In this document: positions 27,301 through 40,808 of the stretch, one piece after another | How the letters are laid out: every line of letters begins with the position of its first letter | Position numbering within the stretch: position 1 is the stretch's first letter | NCBI RefSeq assembly: GCF_000150275.1 | Contig: NW_002060948.1 | Location: forward strand, 2,348,180-2,412,179 | DNA from: Trichoplax adhaerens | Taxonomy: Eukaryota > Animalia > Placozoa | Reading direction: 5' to 3' | DNA: 64,000 nucleotides | The notes under the pieces: model-generated | Database searches by the model: none | Told to the model about the DNA's origin: nothing | The model's input: only the letters and a program-made list of their open reading frames with translations | Translations under genes and position numbers: made by a program

Positions 27301-30300
27301 GTTGGAGAGTTTTCTAGGAACTGAAACATTCTATCGTGGAATATATCATTACTTATCACAACATAAGTATAAAACTGCAACGCATCAGGATTTATGGAGA
27401 GCTTTACAATGGGTATGTAGACTACTTTGTTAGAAGAAACGAAAGGTCTTATTAACAAGGTTATTTAAGGGAAATCTTGGTTTTAATTAATACTGCTTTC
27501 GTAATGCTGCCAATCCACCTTACTATAAAATTGTTATATATATCTTACCAAGCAATGATTACATTTATATATTTATATCTACCTCAATAAATAGTAGTGC
27601 AATCGAGCACACACCATTAGTATCAGTATGCAGTATAGTTTAAAATGAGAATTTAGTATGGTATAGCGATCAGCTTATAGTTCCGTAAAGCCGCTATAAA
27701 TATTCAAACGATACGGTCAAATCAGTAGTTTCCCTTCTTTATCAATTTTTTTCGTTATTAGCGTGTACAGTTTGTTAAATGCTATGTATTTTAATTTATT
27801 GCAATTGTATGCAAAATTAGGCCCTAAATAACTAGCAATGATTATTATATCCTATATCTCTTATTTGATGTAAAGATATTTAAAATTTTTCCATTTCATA
27901 GGCAACAGATGCTAAGTTAAATGTACCTACTATGATGAATACCTGGACTCTACAGCCTGGATTTCCAGTGCTGACTCTAGAAAATCGTTCTAATAATACG
28001 GCATTTATTAGGCAATATCGGTACCTAATTGGTCAAAATTCTTCTTCGAAGACTGATAAATCTCTTCATAAGTTAGTGTAATTGTTATGTTCTAAGTAAT
28101 TGCGCTATCGTTAAAAATTGAAACTATCTCGTGTATGCATAGATTAGTTTAATCTGTAATCCATTTATACCTTGCTTTATAGCAATTATTAAAAGAACAT
28201 TAAACTTAGATAAATTGACTTTGGGCTATTTTTTGAGTGTTAATATTGACAGGTGATTTAACTTGCTACTTCGATGTTAGATCTGTATGGCATATCCCTA
28301 TCTTCCTAGCCACAGAGCACGGTGGACTGAGGAACTTTACGTTATATAAGAAATCTGGTATGATACTATATATAGCATTAATTTCATGTATATACATGTA
28401 ATAAATAGTTTCCAATAGATTATGTACATCGCACAAAAATTTAAATAGATGTTATGTAAGTAATGTCGTATACAATGAAAAGTAAATGACAATTACGATT
28501 AATTTACAACAGATACATCACATAATTTTTTGATTACAGTAGCCTGTAGCCGATCATTGTACTAAAATCTCATTGTTTTACTATGTTGTATAAATGTTTA
28601 AGATATTTTACCATGGAAAAAATCAGACGGATGGGTAAAGCTAAATATCAATCAAACTGGCTATTATTGTACAAATTATGATCTCAAAAATTGGAATGCA
28701 TTGATTGATCAATTAAAGAAAAATTATTCGGTTCGTTGCATATCCTAGAATCATAATACGGATATAACGTGTAGATATAATTTGCATCATATTTTTGTCC
28801 CTAGCGTTAAATGTTATATAGTAATAGAAGAGAATAGACGCAGAGATTGAGAAGTAGAAAAAGTGATTTCGATTATTTACTTCTAGTAGAGATTTTATAT
28901 ATAAATCACATGTTCGTATGACATAATTGGCATTTTGATGATAATTCAGTAGTACCGATAATTAAAGGACGTTGTTAATTTAAGAATGTTCGTGAGAATA
29001 CGAAAATGATTATTAATAGGTTAGTCGTATAAATTTAAATTGTTACAAGATAATTAATCGAAAGATATGTATCATTAGGTTTTTAATGAGCTAGATCGCC
29101 ACCAATTATTATATGATTCATATATGCTGACCAAGTGAGTTGATTGTTATAATTTAATATATCTGCTATTTTGACGTTATATTATTATTTAATCATTCTC
29201 AAAATATCTTACATATTTATAACATCATAGGCCTAATCTACTAACGGTTTCAGTCTTTCTAAACATGACCACCTACTTGGAAAAGGAGAGAAATTATTTA
29301 CCTCTGCGCGAATCTTTAGAAAATTTGGCTGAGATTGAGTATTTGATACATGATGAATCGGCACGTCAAAAACTCAAAGTAAATGCCTTAATCTTATTCT
29401 ATATATTATAAAATAATTTTATTCGTTTTTGCCTGCGTATATATGTACTGAAGACTTCAATATTTTTTCCGCAATGTCAATACCTTGATACTTTTAAATA
29501 CTACAATTTTATTTTTCCAGTTATCTCTATCAATAATATGATGCTTAATTAAGCTGAAGATAATGTAATATATAATATAAGTGAATCAGATCATAAAATA
29601 TCATCGCGTAAGAAATACCATAGAGTTATAATGATTACTTACATCTTAGTGAACTTAATATTTATGAAATCGTCATTCTGACTGTCAGGTGCTGCCTATC
29701 TTTTATAATTCTGGCTATATAATAGCACCTAGACATTTCTCTTAATGCAATTCTAGTCTATACTCCATGAAGTTAAGAATAGTTTCTGATTTAATTTAAT
29801 TTAATACACAATTGAATTAGAGCAAAATTCCGGGTAGAGGTGTTAATATTTAGAGAAGATATTGTAAATACGCGATATTATTTGCCATTCAATTCAAAAT
29901 AGGTCGTTCTAAAATTAATGTCAACTAAATTATATTATGTTAGAATTACATACTGAAAATTATTCGACCTCAAATTCAGATTCTTGGATGGAAAAAAAAC
30001 ACAACATTTATGAAAAGGTATTAATTAAAATAACATATCAATAGATATTGTAATGGAGAAAACGAAGATTTTTAAAGTATTTTCAAGCAATTATAAATGT
30101 TGTTAAATTGTTTCACTTAGCAAACAACAGCAGTTGGTACTAACTAAAGCAGCCAGATATGATGCTGCTTCTGTCATATCACATTCTCTTTCGGCTTACA
30201 ACAGATGGATTCACAATCAAACCAGGTAGATACTTTCTTACTTTCTAAGAAGATCAGCTACTGTCGTTTATAGTATGAGATTTAGTGAGAGATTATATCG

Positions 30301-31904
30301 TAAGATATAATCAAATGTTATACTCTAATGAACACGTCTTTTCTATGACTAAATCAAGTTATTAAATGTGAGTCAAGATGAGACGCGATGCCCGCTTTAT
30401 TTATACTTTTAATATGCACTCGAGTACTCTATGATTTTATTGCCCTACTGTCAACCTTCATCTAGACTTCCGAACAAGATTAATGCACGCAGAAATTTTT
30501 CAGTAGTTCCTAATATAATCTTTTTTGTTATTTACTGTCAATCTCTTAATGAGTATCTGAAGTTTTCTTTGCTTACCTATGCATTCTCTTTAGATTTCCG
30601 ATCAAATTTCGGGATATTATATTATCGGTTGCTATAAATCATGGGGGGATATCCGTAGAGAAGAAGCTTTTATGGGAATATTATCATGCTAACTCAACTT
30701 CATTGAGACAGGTCTATTTCAAAGCATTAGCATCTTCAAGAAATATCAAACTATTAAATAGGTATTGTGCCTCAATAGTTTTGATTTAATGATAGTTATT
30801 ATCGATAAAGTCTATAAATAACCATAATTTATTCTGAAACATAAATAGTGTTAATAAGGAATACTTTTATTAAAAATCATTGCTAGTAATATCAATTCCC
30901 TTGATATAACTTGAATATAAATTCAAGCTATTTTAACTTATTCAATCTTCGTCTGATTACGGCATTTAAGGTTGCTAAATATGATGTTGAATTTAAAAGA
31001 AGTCAAAATTGATGAAACTGGATCATTCCTGAAGTTGATATCAAAGAATCAAGTTGCATCTGAACCTCTTTGGAATTATTTTAAAAGCCATTATGCACTT
31101 TTCTATCAAAGGTTAGTTACAAAGATAAGCTTTTCAAATTGATCTTCTTAATTTCTTATTACAAAATACCTACATCCTTATAATTATAGAAGTACATTAT
31201 GCTATATTGCAATATGGCTACGTTTCAATCCTAATTGCCTACCATTTTATACAGTACTATTGTCATAGATAATTATATAAGTCATTTTTAAGTTGCTGCT
31301 TACAAATTAATGTAATTTTGATTAGGTTGCAATAGATGAACATATGTGATTATATTTCGGGCGTAGATTACATTACGTAACTCCGATGATGGTATGCTAA
31401 ATTATGTTGTTATTTATGATATTATGCCATAGGTATAAATTGGACACGGCTACTCTGGCTGATATTTTAAAAGAACTGGTCACTTATTTTAGTACTGAAG
31501 CTCAATACGATGATGTAAGCTGCAATAGAATCCAGTTTAATCTTTCACTGCATATTAGACTCAATGGTTTGAGGAATACAATTAGTATATTGCTTATAGC
31601 ATCGTTTAGTCACTGAAACTTTACTATAATTGCAATTTAGACCTAAAATACCCTATTTTGATAAATAGGTCAGAGTAAGGAATAAATTGTTAGCAAATGC
31701 TACGTGCTTGTACGTTATGTCGCTTATAAAATCTTGCACTTCTAAACGTAATTTTAGGTTGCGAATTTTTTTCGTTTACATAATGACATTGGAAGTGCGA
31801 AGTCTACTATTCCGCTTATTTTATCGAAAATCCGAGCACGTATTCAGTGGAAAAAATTTAACGAAATTACCGTGAAAAATTGGCTGAATGAGCGCGTATT
31901 ATAA
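24346..31904 (+). CDS. M1 family zinc aminopeptidase (aminopeptidase N/ERAP/APA-like), type II membrane anchored, ~18 exons
   Basis: N-terminal signal-anchor helix; [51 protein letters not shown]|[53 protein letters not shown]. The last exon ends [10 protein letters not shown] with TAA at 31902-31904. Confidence 0.95.
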
Positions 31905-33700
31905 AATAAACTGTACTTATGTTACTAGGATATTATTTATTACTTTCAGATACCTTCGAGGCGGTTACGATGGTTGATTCCAGTTGATTAATATTTATAA
32001 ATGAATAAAATGATCATAGTTAAAGCATTGCGATTTTATGTCTTGTAATAGCTGTATTGGCTATAACCTACAACAATAATTGTCTTTTTATAATTATTCT
32101 AAAGATTTATTTAATTGCTTTCGTAAATTTCCATAAGCAGTAGGAGAAGTTAAAAATGTAGAAATATTCGTTGATTGATTATAATATCAATTAATACTTA
32201 CGGACGGATATTGTTATCTCATTATGAGACAATTATAAAGATTGGATAAAACTAAAAATTCTATACAAAGATCAGAAAATATCATCAAAGATGTTATTTC
32301 CGATGATTAATTTTGTAACTGTTCGTTTGCAGGTATTTATTCATATATACCTTACTTCTTTCTTGTGTAAAAGTTGAGGAGCTTGCAAGCAGAAGGTTTA
32401 ATGTAACGGCAATAACAACTAGAGGCTTTATCTTTATTTATCTTATTCTAAGTATTTTTGTTAACGTATGGTTAAACATCTTTGTTTGCAAACTATCATT
32501 TTTATTCGTATTTACAAAAGCAATCCTGCGGACAAATCAAGTTTCAATAAATACTTTGAAATTGACTTTTTGGGGCTATGCAAGAGTATCCGGATATAGC
32601 TAATGCAGGTCGGTATTTTTAACTAGTTAATAGTCAAAAGATAACCATCTTGCAACAGCAATATACTGAGTAAATTCTGAATTGTTAAGCCCGCGTTTAA
32701 CCAGTTTGATGCCCCCATATTGTGATAATATTAAATCAAGTAGTTTTCAGATTTGAGGGTCAAATACTACTAAGCTTGCCTCAAAACTTAAATTGTTGTT
32801 AAAATATGATTCAAATACATACAGTATAATGATCCATATTAATCAGGAGTATGTATAGAACACTTATTTTCGTTTTTTAGTATAATATTTGCTGTTAGAT
32901 TTTAATAACCTTAAAAAACAAAAGACATAATGGTATTTTCGGATAGACACTTTAAGTAGATTATAACTTTACTAGAGTTAACAGATTGTTGATCAATAGT
33001 TAATGACATAATCATAATTTACTGTTAATGCTAATACTACAAATATTTGCAGCGTAGTTACGTCTAGCATGGCTAGTACTCAATAGCAATATCGATCTAT
33101 AAAATTGTTTGTCTTGAAGCAGTTCAAACTTGCTGACGAAATATTTGCCAAATTGAAAACTTATGATCACGGTTCAATTGTTACTGTACATTAAATCTTA
33201 TAGTGATGACAGCACTATTACAATGGTTTTTAATAGACAATATGTCAATTGACATACGTGAATATCTTCACAACTTTCGATTAAATTGACAATGAACTTT
33301 TCTTATTTACAAAATGACGCTTGCTAGCAATAATAAAGAGCAATTTCTATCTCTTATCGATTTAAATACCCACTAGGTAGAGCGAAAATGAGCTTCTATC
33401 TTATACGAAGATGACATCACCGGTAATAATTATATCCAAACTTAAAATGAGCTTTTATACTAAAGTAGCAATACTTCATTATTTATAACGAAGAAATATC
33501 GTATATTATCTTCGTTTTTGCTTCTGTGATAATTAATTTAACTATTAACAGTGCTGTGGATTACGCCAATCAATTCAAGATAGTTACACTTATTCCTAAA
33601 TTATAAGGGTAAACCGTCATTAATCAGGATCCTTGAAATGATACATATATATATATATATATGTATATGTCTATGTTTATGTCTGTCTACGAAATTAAAA

Positions 33701-36045
33701 TTACGATGTTACTTCCGTTAGCTCTTCTTCATGTGAGGTTTCCTAGAGTAGTAAATATTTATAGACAAGATATAATTACATATCAAGTAAATAGAACAAA
33801 ACTTTGAAATCAATTTGTAGTTAAATCTAAATACATATATTTACATCTTCCAACGATTGACAGCAACATACGTTGGCTGTTCGACTGATGCGAATAGCCG
33901 CATACAAGGATATAAAAAATCCAGGTACTAATATAGCGAAATATACGATTAGCATTGCTAACGCGGTTGAATAATGTAGGACAGCATTTTTGCTTATGTA
34001 CTCTACATAATCCCAGATAGCCAAAGGAAGGTTACACAAGCAACAACAACATGCAACCACTGACATAACCATGTGACAAGAAATCTAAAGGATAGAGCAA
34101 GCAATAGTTATCTATCTATCACCTATTGCGTCATAGATGTAATATATATATATATATATCACAAAGAATTAACAAAAAATATATTACCGTTTCTTCTTGT
34201 TGTTGATACATGGCATTAAGACCAATTTGACCAGTCGAGAGTAGCTAGTGAAACGTAATTTAAATACACGCAGCTTAGGCGTAAATAAATAATAAAAAAA
34301 AGTAGCAGAGTCATTAAAGTCATATAACAGGGCTACTTACAATACAACCGGTTACAAATGTCAAAAATGTGGAAGTGAGAGCAGAAAGTAAAGGCATTGA
34401 GATAAATCCAGCAGCAATTCCTAAACAGCCGTATATTGCCTGAGTCACTCCAGTTACTTTATGAATTCTGACTAAGCTATTCAATGTCAGGTATCTACTA
34501 AGTTGCAATGGAAAGAATAATGTTCCAGTTTCTTTACCGCGGCCAAAAGAAATTAGACTTGCGCAACTAAGGTTAACTAGTGCTAAAAGTAACGATCCTA
34601 GAAACATAACAAAGTTGATAGCTGTTCTTGTATATTGTGAAGTTGAATAGAAACTGTAGCAGATCATGCTAATGCTGCATAGGCACAGAAAGATATTTAG
34701 TCTGCCATAGATTAGTTGCCAGAATTTCTGTAAGATAAAAATAGAGGTCAAAAATGATTCCAGATTTCATCCACGCGGCTGTGCTGATCTAACATTAAGG
34801 TGGCTGTTAATACAGACGTAACCTATTGTACTTTAAAATATATCGTTGGATCGTCAAAACAAGTAGAATAATTATCTGTAAAGAAGGCTATCAATTAAAT
34901 CTTACAATATAAGAGACATTAGGTATCGTATAGACTAGTCTTCCTAAGGCACCCATAACTATGACCTATCCGAAAAAAAATCTAAATGAGAAGGATATTA
35001 TTCCATGATAGTAGATTGAAGTAACTTTGTAAGTTTTATCCCTTACCAAAGCACCAGAATAGTAGTTTGCCAGGGTATAATGGCGCTTAAAAAATATCAT
35101 GCCACCGACTCCCAAGATAACAGTAAAACAACCTGACAGAATGGCAACTAAACTCACAGCGTAGATATTGAACCAGTTAGGAGTTATATTAGGGCTGGAT
35201 GTATCGGATGAATTTTGATTGTTATCATCAGTGACATCTTGAATATTGATGATTAACAGCTTATGATAAAAGAAAATAAGTAGCAAAGATAGGCTAAGAC
35301 CAATAAACGATACGGCGACAATAATAGCGAACAGAATCGACTTGGGGTTAACGCTGACAACATGGGAAGCGCCAAAAACGTAGCTAACTTTGAATAAATT
35401 GATAAGACCTGCAAGGAATGCTGTACCCGATATAGCAATAATAGGGACAATCTACGTAAGGCATGATATAAAACAATAGCAATAAATCGATATTATTGTG
35501 TTGATAAGTCATTTATGTTATATTTACAGCTATAATTATTCTCAATCGGCACTACAAGTGTACAGTATCTATTTGATATCCTCGTATATTTATAAATGAA
35601 ATACGGTAGACTAGTCGAATTATATATGTATTGCAGACAGAAACTGTTACTGTTTCCGAAAACTAGATTAATAACAGACACAATAGTAGATTGCAATGTA
35701 AAACATCCCGACGAAAATAAAAGCAACTTGGTATGGAAATTCAGTTGTTATCGCAAATATCGAAGAGAAGGTTTAAATAATGCTATGACTTGAGATATAA
35801 AGCATAGCGATATGTGACAAGCATCGACTTACCAGGGCGGTCATCTGTCCATTGCGATTTAATATTAAGAGAATTCCTACAGAAATAAACTAAATAAACA
35901 AAAAGAGTAAATTGATTTTCAATCTGATTACTGTACTTGTGAGTAATTTAATTTAGTTTATCTTCCATTCGAAATTTAACTGCATACACAAACAGCAAAT
36001 GCGAAACAACGATCAATATTGTACGTTACCAATGATCGCGTATAT
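33701..36045 (-). CDS. Multi-pass membrane protein with tandem MS4A/CD20-like four-TM modules (two complete, one 5'-partial)
   Basis: Exons 35833-35876, 35047-35451, 34775-34822, 34341-34727, 34188-34244, 33845-34084 and 33701-33742 splice in frame and give at least 10 hydrophobic helices. MS4A-like TM1 (GVTQAIYGCLGIAAG), TM3 (MVMSVVACC) and TM4 with a Cys-rich tail (FISLYAAI..VCCC). The family assignment is by eye and the 5' end is unresolved. Confidence 0.7.
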
Positions 36046-36376
36046 TTCTCTGTTATACAGTACATACGGATTGAGTATTAAAAATATTTTTTTAATTTAT
36101 TTGATAATGGCAATGCAGTCTGTCTTATTCTTTCGCTATAAGTTACATTTTTCGACTCCATACACCACATACACTTGACTGCTATTCAAAATAGACATTT
36201 TGACGTTTAAAATTTGAAGAGATAGTAAATTTGTACGCGTATATGCTAGAACGTGTGCTCTTTAAGCTATATACAGTACTAGATATTGTACTTTCCATAA
36301 TTAATATTATTATTAATTGTGATTCAATCAGTAATTAATCAATTCGTTAACAAGATAGCGCCGCACCGTAAGATCC

Positions 36377-36817
36377 TGTCACGGTACGAACTACCGTGAA
36401 GAAATAGCTATCTAAATTTGGTTAATATAATATAGTGATAATATATTACAACTAGTTACTTACAATACGAATTACTCTAATTATAAATGTATTACAGTAA
36501 ATTAATTGCTGTGCTGTAATGTGCTCTGAAATGATTCTGTAAATAGACATATTGTAGTCCGACTGTGAAAAATTAGTTAGTAGATGTTCTCACCTAAGTA
36601 TTTTTATAAGATGACTCATGAATGTTAACTGCTGTAGAAGGGTATATAAGCCCGTCAGATAGTTGAATAAAGTAGTTCTCAATTGTATAGTTATTTTAAC
36701 GTAGAAGGAAAGGCGTCTAAATTCTTGTGAGGTAGTTAAGGGATACTGAATCCCGGAGACTATAGTAATTTGGATATTTGTTTTACGTTATCCTGATCAC
36801 GAAGCTGGTTTGTGACA
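36377..36817 (+). mobile_element. Solo LTR copy 2 with perfect 5-bp TSD (GATCC)
   Basis: GATCC|TGTCACGG...TTTGTGACA|GATCC; 441 bp; TATA box and AATAAA inside. Confidence 0.92.
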
Positions 36818-37661
36818 GATCCGTATAGCGATTTACTGCTAGTTATGATTTCTGTTGACTAATAGAGTATAATCGATATGTTTTGAAAGTAATCGAGCCT
36901 GATTTCGACATAAGCACGGATACTAGGCTATTCGATTGTTTTAGTTTACATCTTACGGATCAGTGTTGTCTTTTATTGTATGATGTTTTACGAATCTCCA
37001 GAATGTGTGCATTCAGCAAAAGAATAAATTCATCGAATGATTCATTAAACTGTAGAAATTGCAACGACGATGGTGCAATAGCAGTAGAGCTAAATCACAG
37101 TAGCCGTCGATTTAGCAAATAGAAATTTATCATTACACGATGATTAATATGGATGATACTTGAGTTGCTTGATAATTTTCTGATGCAGTAAGTTTTGGAA
37201 TGAATCAATCTACTGTATCAGTTACTGTACATAACAAAATTGTGCATCACTATTACTGATTAAGATATAATGAGAAGATGATTGGCTTTTATTGAAGAAT
37301 ATCACTCTACGCGTACGAGTACATTATAATCCAGTAAAGTGTCTCCGGTGCATTAAATTATATTAATTATCAGGATCATGATAACGATCCTTTCTAATGT
37401 TCTGTGATGATAGAGGAGGGGCGTATATGCTAGTCTACCTACTCTTTAAACCGGTACACAATCAGATAGGCTGAGGGTAAAATTAGCTATCGATTTCAAA
37501 TGACGCATTTTACAACTTTTCAAGGTAATGACATGAAGAAGTGTGATTGTGATGTTCTATTACGATAAGCAAACTACTGCATTGATTTGGACTATCAGCC
37601 ATGACTATGCTGATGGCATCCCAAAGTGTTATTTTATTAACATGTGGCACTTGTACAAAGA

Positions 37662-37734
37662 NNNNNNNNNNNNNNNNNNNNNNNNNNNNNNNNNNNNNNN
37701 NNNNNNNNNNNNNNNNNNNNNNNNNNNNNNNNNN
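37662..37734. other. Assembly gap (73 N)
   Basis: Run of n characters. Confidence 1.
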
Positions 37735-39756
37735 TGTTGATTATTTTCTAGTCATTGAACTTAGATAAGGTAATTTAATTTCAAAACGATCGACTTTATG
37801 AATTGATTGAAGATTGGTAGCTACCAATTTATAAAGCACTGTTGATAATATAACTAATCAGTACTCAGAACAAAGGTTCAATATCGCTCTCTCTTAATGC
37901 CATTTCAGTTTCTAGTAACGTTAGCCGTCAAGATCAGTTAGGTAGCTCTGACATGTCAATGACAGAAGTATCATGTTTTGAAGAGATGGACAAAAAAATG
38001 ACAACAATATGCTTATTGCAAGAAGGCATAATGCAGTAGGTGCATTGGAATAGAAGTCGGCTACAATATGATACAGTCTATTCAGCGATGGATGATAGGG
38101 AAGGATCGATTCGAGTAGGATTGAAATAATTGTACTTACTCGTTAGACTATAGAAGGAAATGATTGATTTGTATTGTACAGTACATCCATATTACAGGAA
38201 TAAGCTAGGAATCATTTTTAAGACAAAGTGATGGTATTCAATCTAGATATGATGTAGTGGCCATTAAAGTTTTATTATTGCTGGCATTGTCTCTATCATT
38301 TGCAATGATCATTTTCATCTTGTAGAGTGTTTCACTGCATACAGAATACTACAGTATACACTGCCTGTACATCATGATCAATATCAGCGCAATGTCAAGC
38401 CTTTTCCTGATTCACACTGCTCTTCCTAGCAGTACTCACTTCATGACATATGAACATGGTTGTCAAATAGGTGACGGGCGACTGATACAGTGCAGCACAA
38501 CGTCTACTCGTCTGTTGATCGAATATCAACTGTAATTCAATGAAGTTCTATTATATCGACAATATCAAACACTATTTTTAGGCTTATTTACAAACCAGTA
38601 TGGCTGGTATCGCTGGACCAAGAAAGAGAATATAAAACGATGATGTATCGTTGAAGACAATCCAACCAGCCACAGCTAAGCATGCATAGGTAATACCCAG
38701 AAGAATATTACCAATACTATATTTCAGATGAATTGACGCCATTTTGAAAACAAAGGGGATGAAAATTTCTCAGCACACTCTCACGTAGAGGCAATAGTTA
38801 GATAATGAGTTCTTTTAAAAGCGATGGCCATCGATGATGAACCCAATGTGATGTTCACCTCTCACTTACAAGCTGTGTAGACTATCCCTACCAACGAAAA
38901 CTCTTTCAATAATTAAGCTAATAAGAATGGTTGGGACTTTTTCTACCTGCCTAACTCCCAATGACGAACGCCTTGCAAGGTAAACATGAAGAGACCGCCG
39001 CCGTTTTCATCACACAGAAGATTCCATACTGAGCTTACAGTCGTACAGGGGGTGTACAGTACTCCCAAGTTTGGACATACAGTACGTACAACGAGACAGT
39101 GCGCACTGCGCAGTACCGTGAAAGCACCACCGGTCATGTGAACCGTTAACAGTGAACGTACTGTACCGTTGTAAACAGGTTTAGTATGCGTACACTGCGC
39201 AGTGCACATACTGTATGACGTATGGCATAGGTCATACCATGCACCTGGAAGGTCAATTCGCTCTACTGTACCAAGTCTAGATGGTACGGTACAGTCTGCA
39301 GTATTGTACTGTGCACTGTACAGTTGGCTTGGCAGGTGCTCCATCTGTCAGAGTTGATACAGTCATGGGTCACTAGAAATAAAATGTGGGCAGTATTTCT
39401 AGTGGTCCCTAATAGTAGTATAGAGTACTACCAGCTTATTTTTGGGGTGCTTTTTCGTCCATTATTTCCCCAATAATGACCTCGTTTTCCCCAGAGGAAA
39501 AGTAGAAAATGAGCTGCTAGCAGACCGTGGTACAGTGAACACTCACTGTACACTGTACTGTACAGTAAATCTGGATAAGGCAGCCAAAGAAAATGACTAC
39601 TGAGTCATGCAATCAGACGGACGGACACACTACAGTAAATTGAGGCAATTTCAACTGAGTTCAACTGGCCGGATCCCATCCTGTACAGTACCGTATAGTG
39701 TGTTGCAAATGTTTCCATACTGTACACGCTACACTGATATACAGTACCGTACAGTA

Positions 39757-40808
39757 TTTATACATCAGTACTATCTAAAAAAATGGAAAAATGTGACTTC
39801 AACCGATGTATAAATTACACTACTTAAATGTGACTTAAACCGATGTATAAATACACTACTTTATATCATCATCATCATGTCAAATTTATACATTCAGTAC
39901 TGTCTAAAAAAATGGAAAAAAATGTGACTTCAACCAATGCATAAATACACTACTTAAATGTGACTTAAACCGACGTATAAATACGCTACTTTATATCATC
40001 ATCATCATATCAAATTTTTACATTCAGTACTGTCTAAAAAAATGGAAAAATGTGACTTCAACCGATGTATAAATACGCTACTTTATATCATCATCATCAT
40101 CATGTCAAATTTATACATTCAGTACTGTCTAAAAAAATGGAAAAAAAGTGACTTCAACCAATGTATAAATACACTACTTAAATGTGACTTAAACCGATGT
40201 ATGAATACGCTACTTTATATCATCATCATCATATCAAATTTATACATTCAGTACTGTCTAAAAAAATGGAAAAAAATGTGACTTCAACCGATGTATAAAT
40301 ACACTACTTTATATCATCATCATCATGTCAAATTTATACATTCAGTACTGTCTAAAAATATGGAAAAATGTGACTTCAACCAATGTATAAATACACTACT
40401 TAAATGTGACTTAAACCGATGTATAAATACGCTACTTTATATCATCATCATTATGTCAAATTTATACATTCAGTACTGTCTAAAAAAATGGAAAAAAATG
40501 TGACTTCAACCAATGCATAAATACACTACTTAAATGTGACTTAAACCGATGTATAAATACGCTACTTTATATCATCATCATCATGTCAAATTTATACATT
40601 CAGTACTGTCTAAAAAATGGAAAAAAAGTGACTTCAACCAATGCATAAATACACTACTTAAATGTGACTTAAACCGATGTATAAATACACTACTTTATAT
40701 AGTCATCATCATGTCAAATGTATACATTCAGTACTATCTAAAAATATGGAAAAATGTGACTTCAACCGATGTATAAATACACTACTTCATATCATCATGT
40801 CAAATTTA
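39757..40808. repeat. Composite minisatellite, ~9 units of ~128 bp or ~95 bp
   Basis: Units start near 39767, 39895, 40024, 40120, 40249, 40343, 40471, 40601 and 40729. Each is cagtactgtctaaaaaaatgg, then one or two ~34-bp aaatgtgactt(c/a)aacc(g/a)atgtataaatacactactt subunits, then (ATC)n and gtcaaatttatacatt. Confidence 0.95.

Noticed and set aside
38580-39345. GC-richer stretch and 133-aa ORF as a transposase or snoRNA
   Set aside because: No DDE, Rep, helicase or RT motifs; the ORF is inflated by the TACAG repeat; the box C-like ATGATGA has no matching box D.
39607-40776. Repetitive ORFs with poly-His/poly-Ile and a CRISPR-like appearance
   Set aside because: These are translations of the minisatellite. 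The sequence between repeats is also repeated (no unique spacers), there are no cas genes, and the context is eukaryotic.
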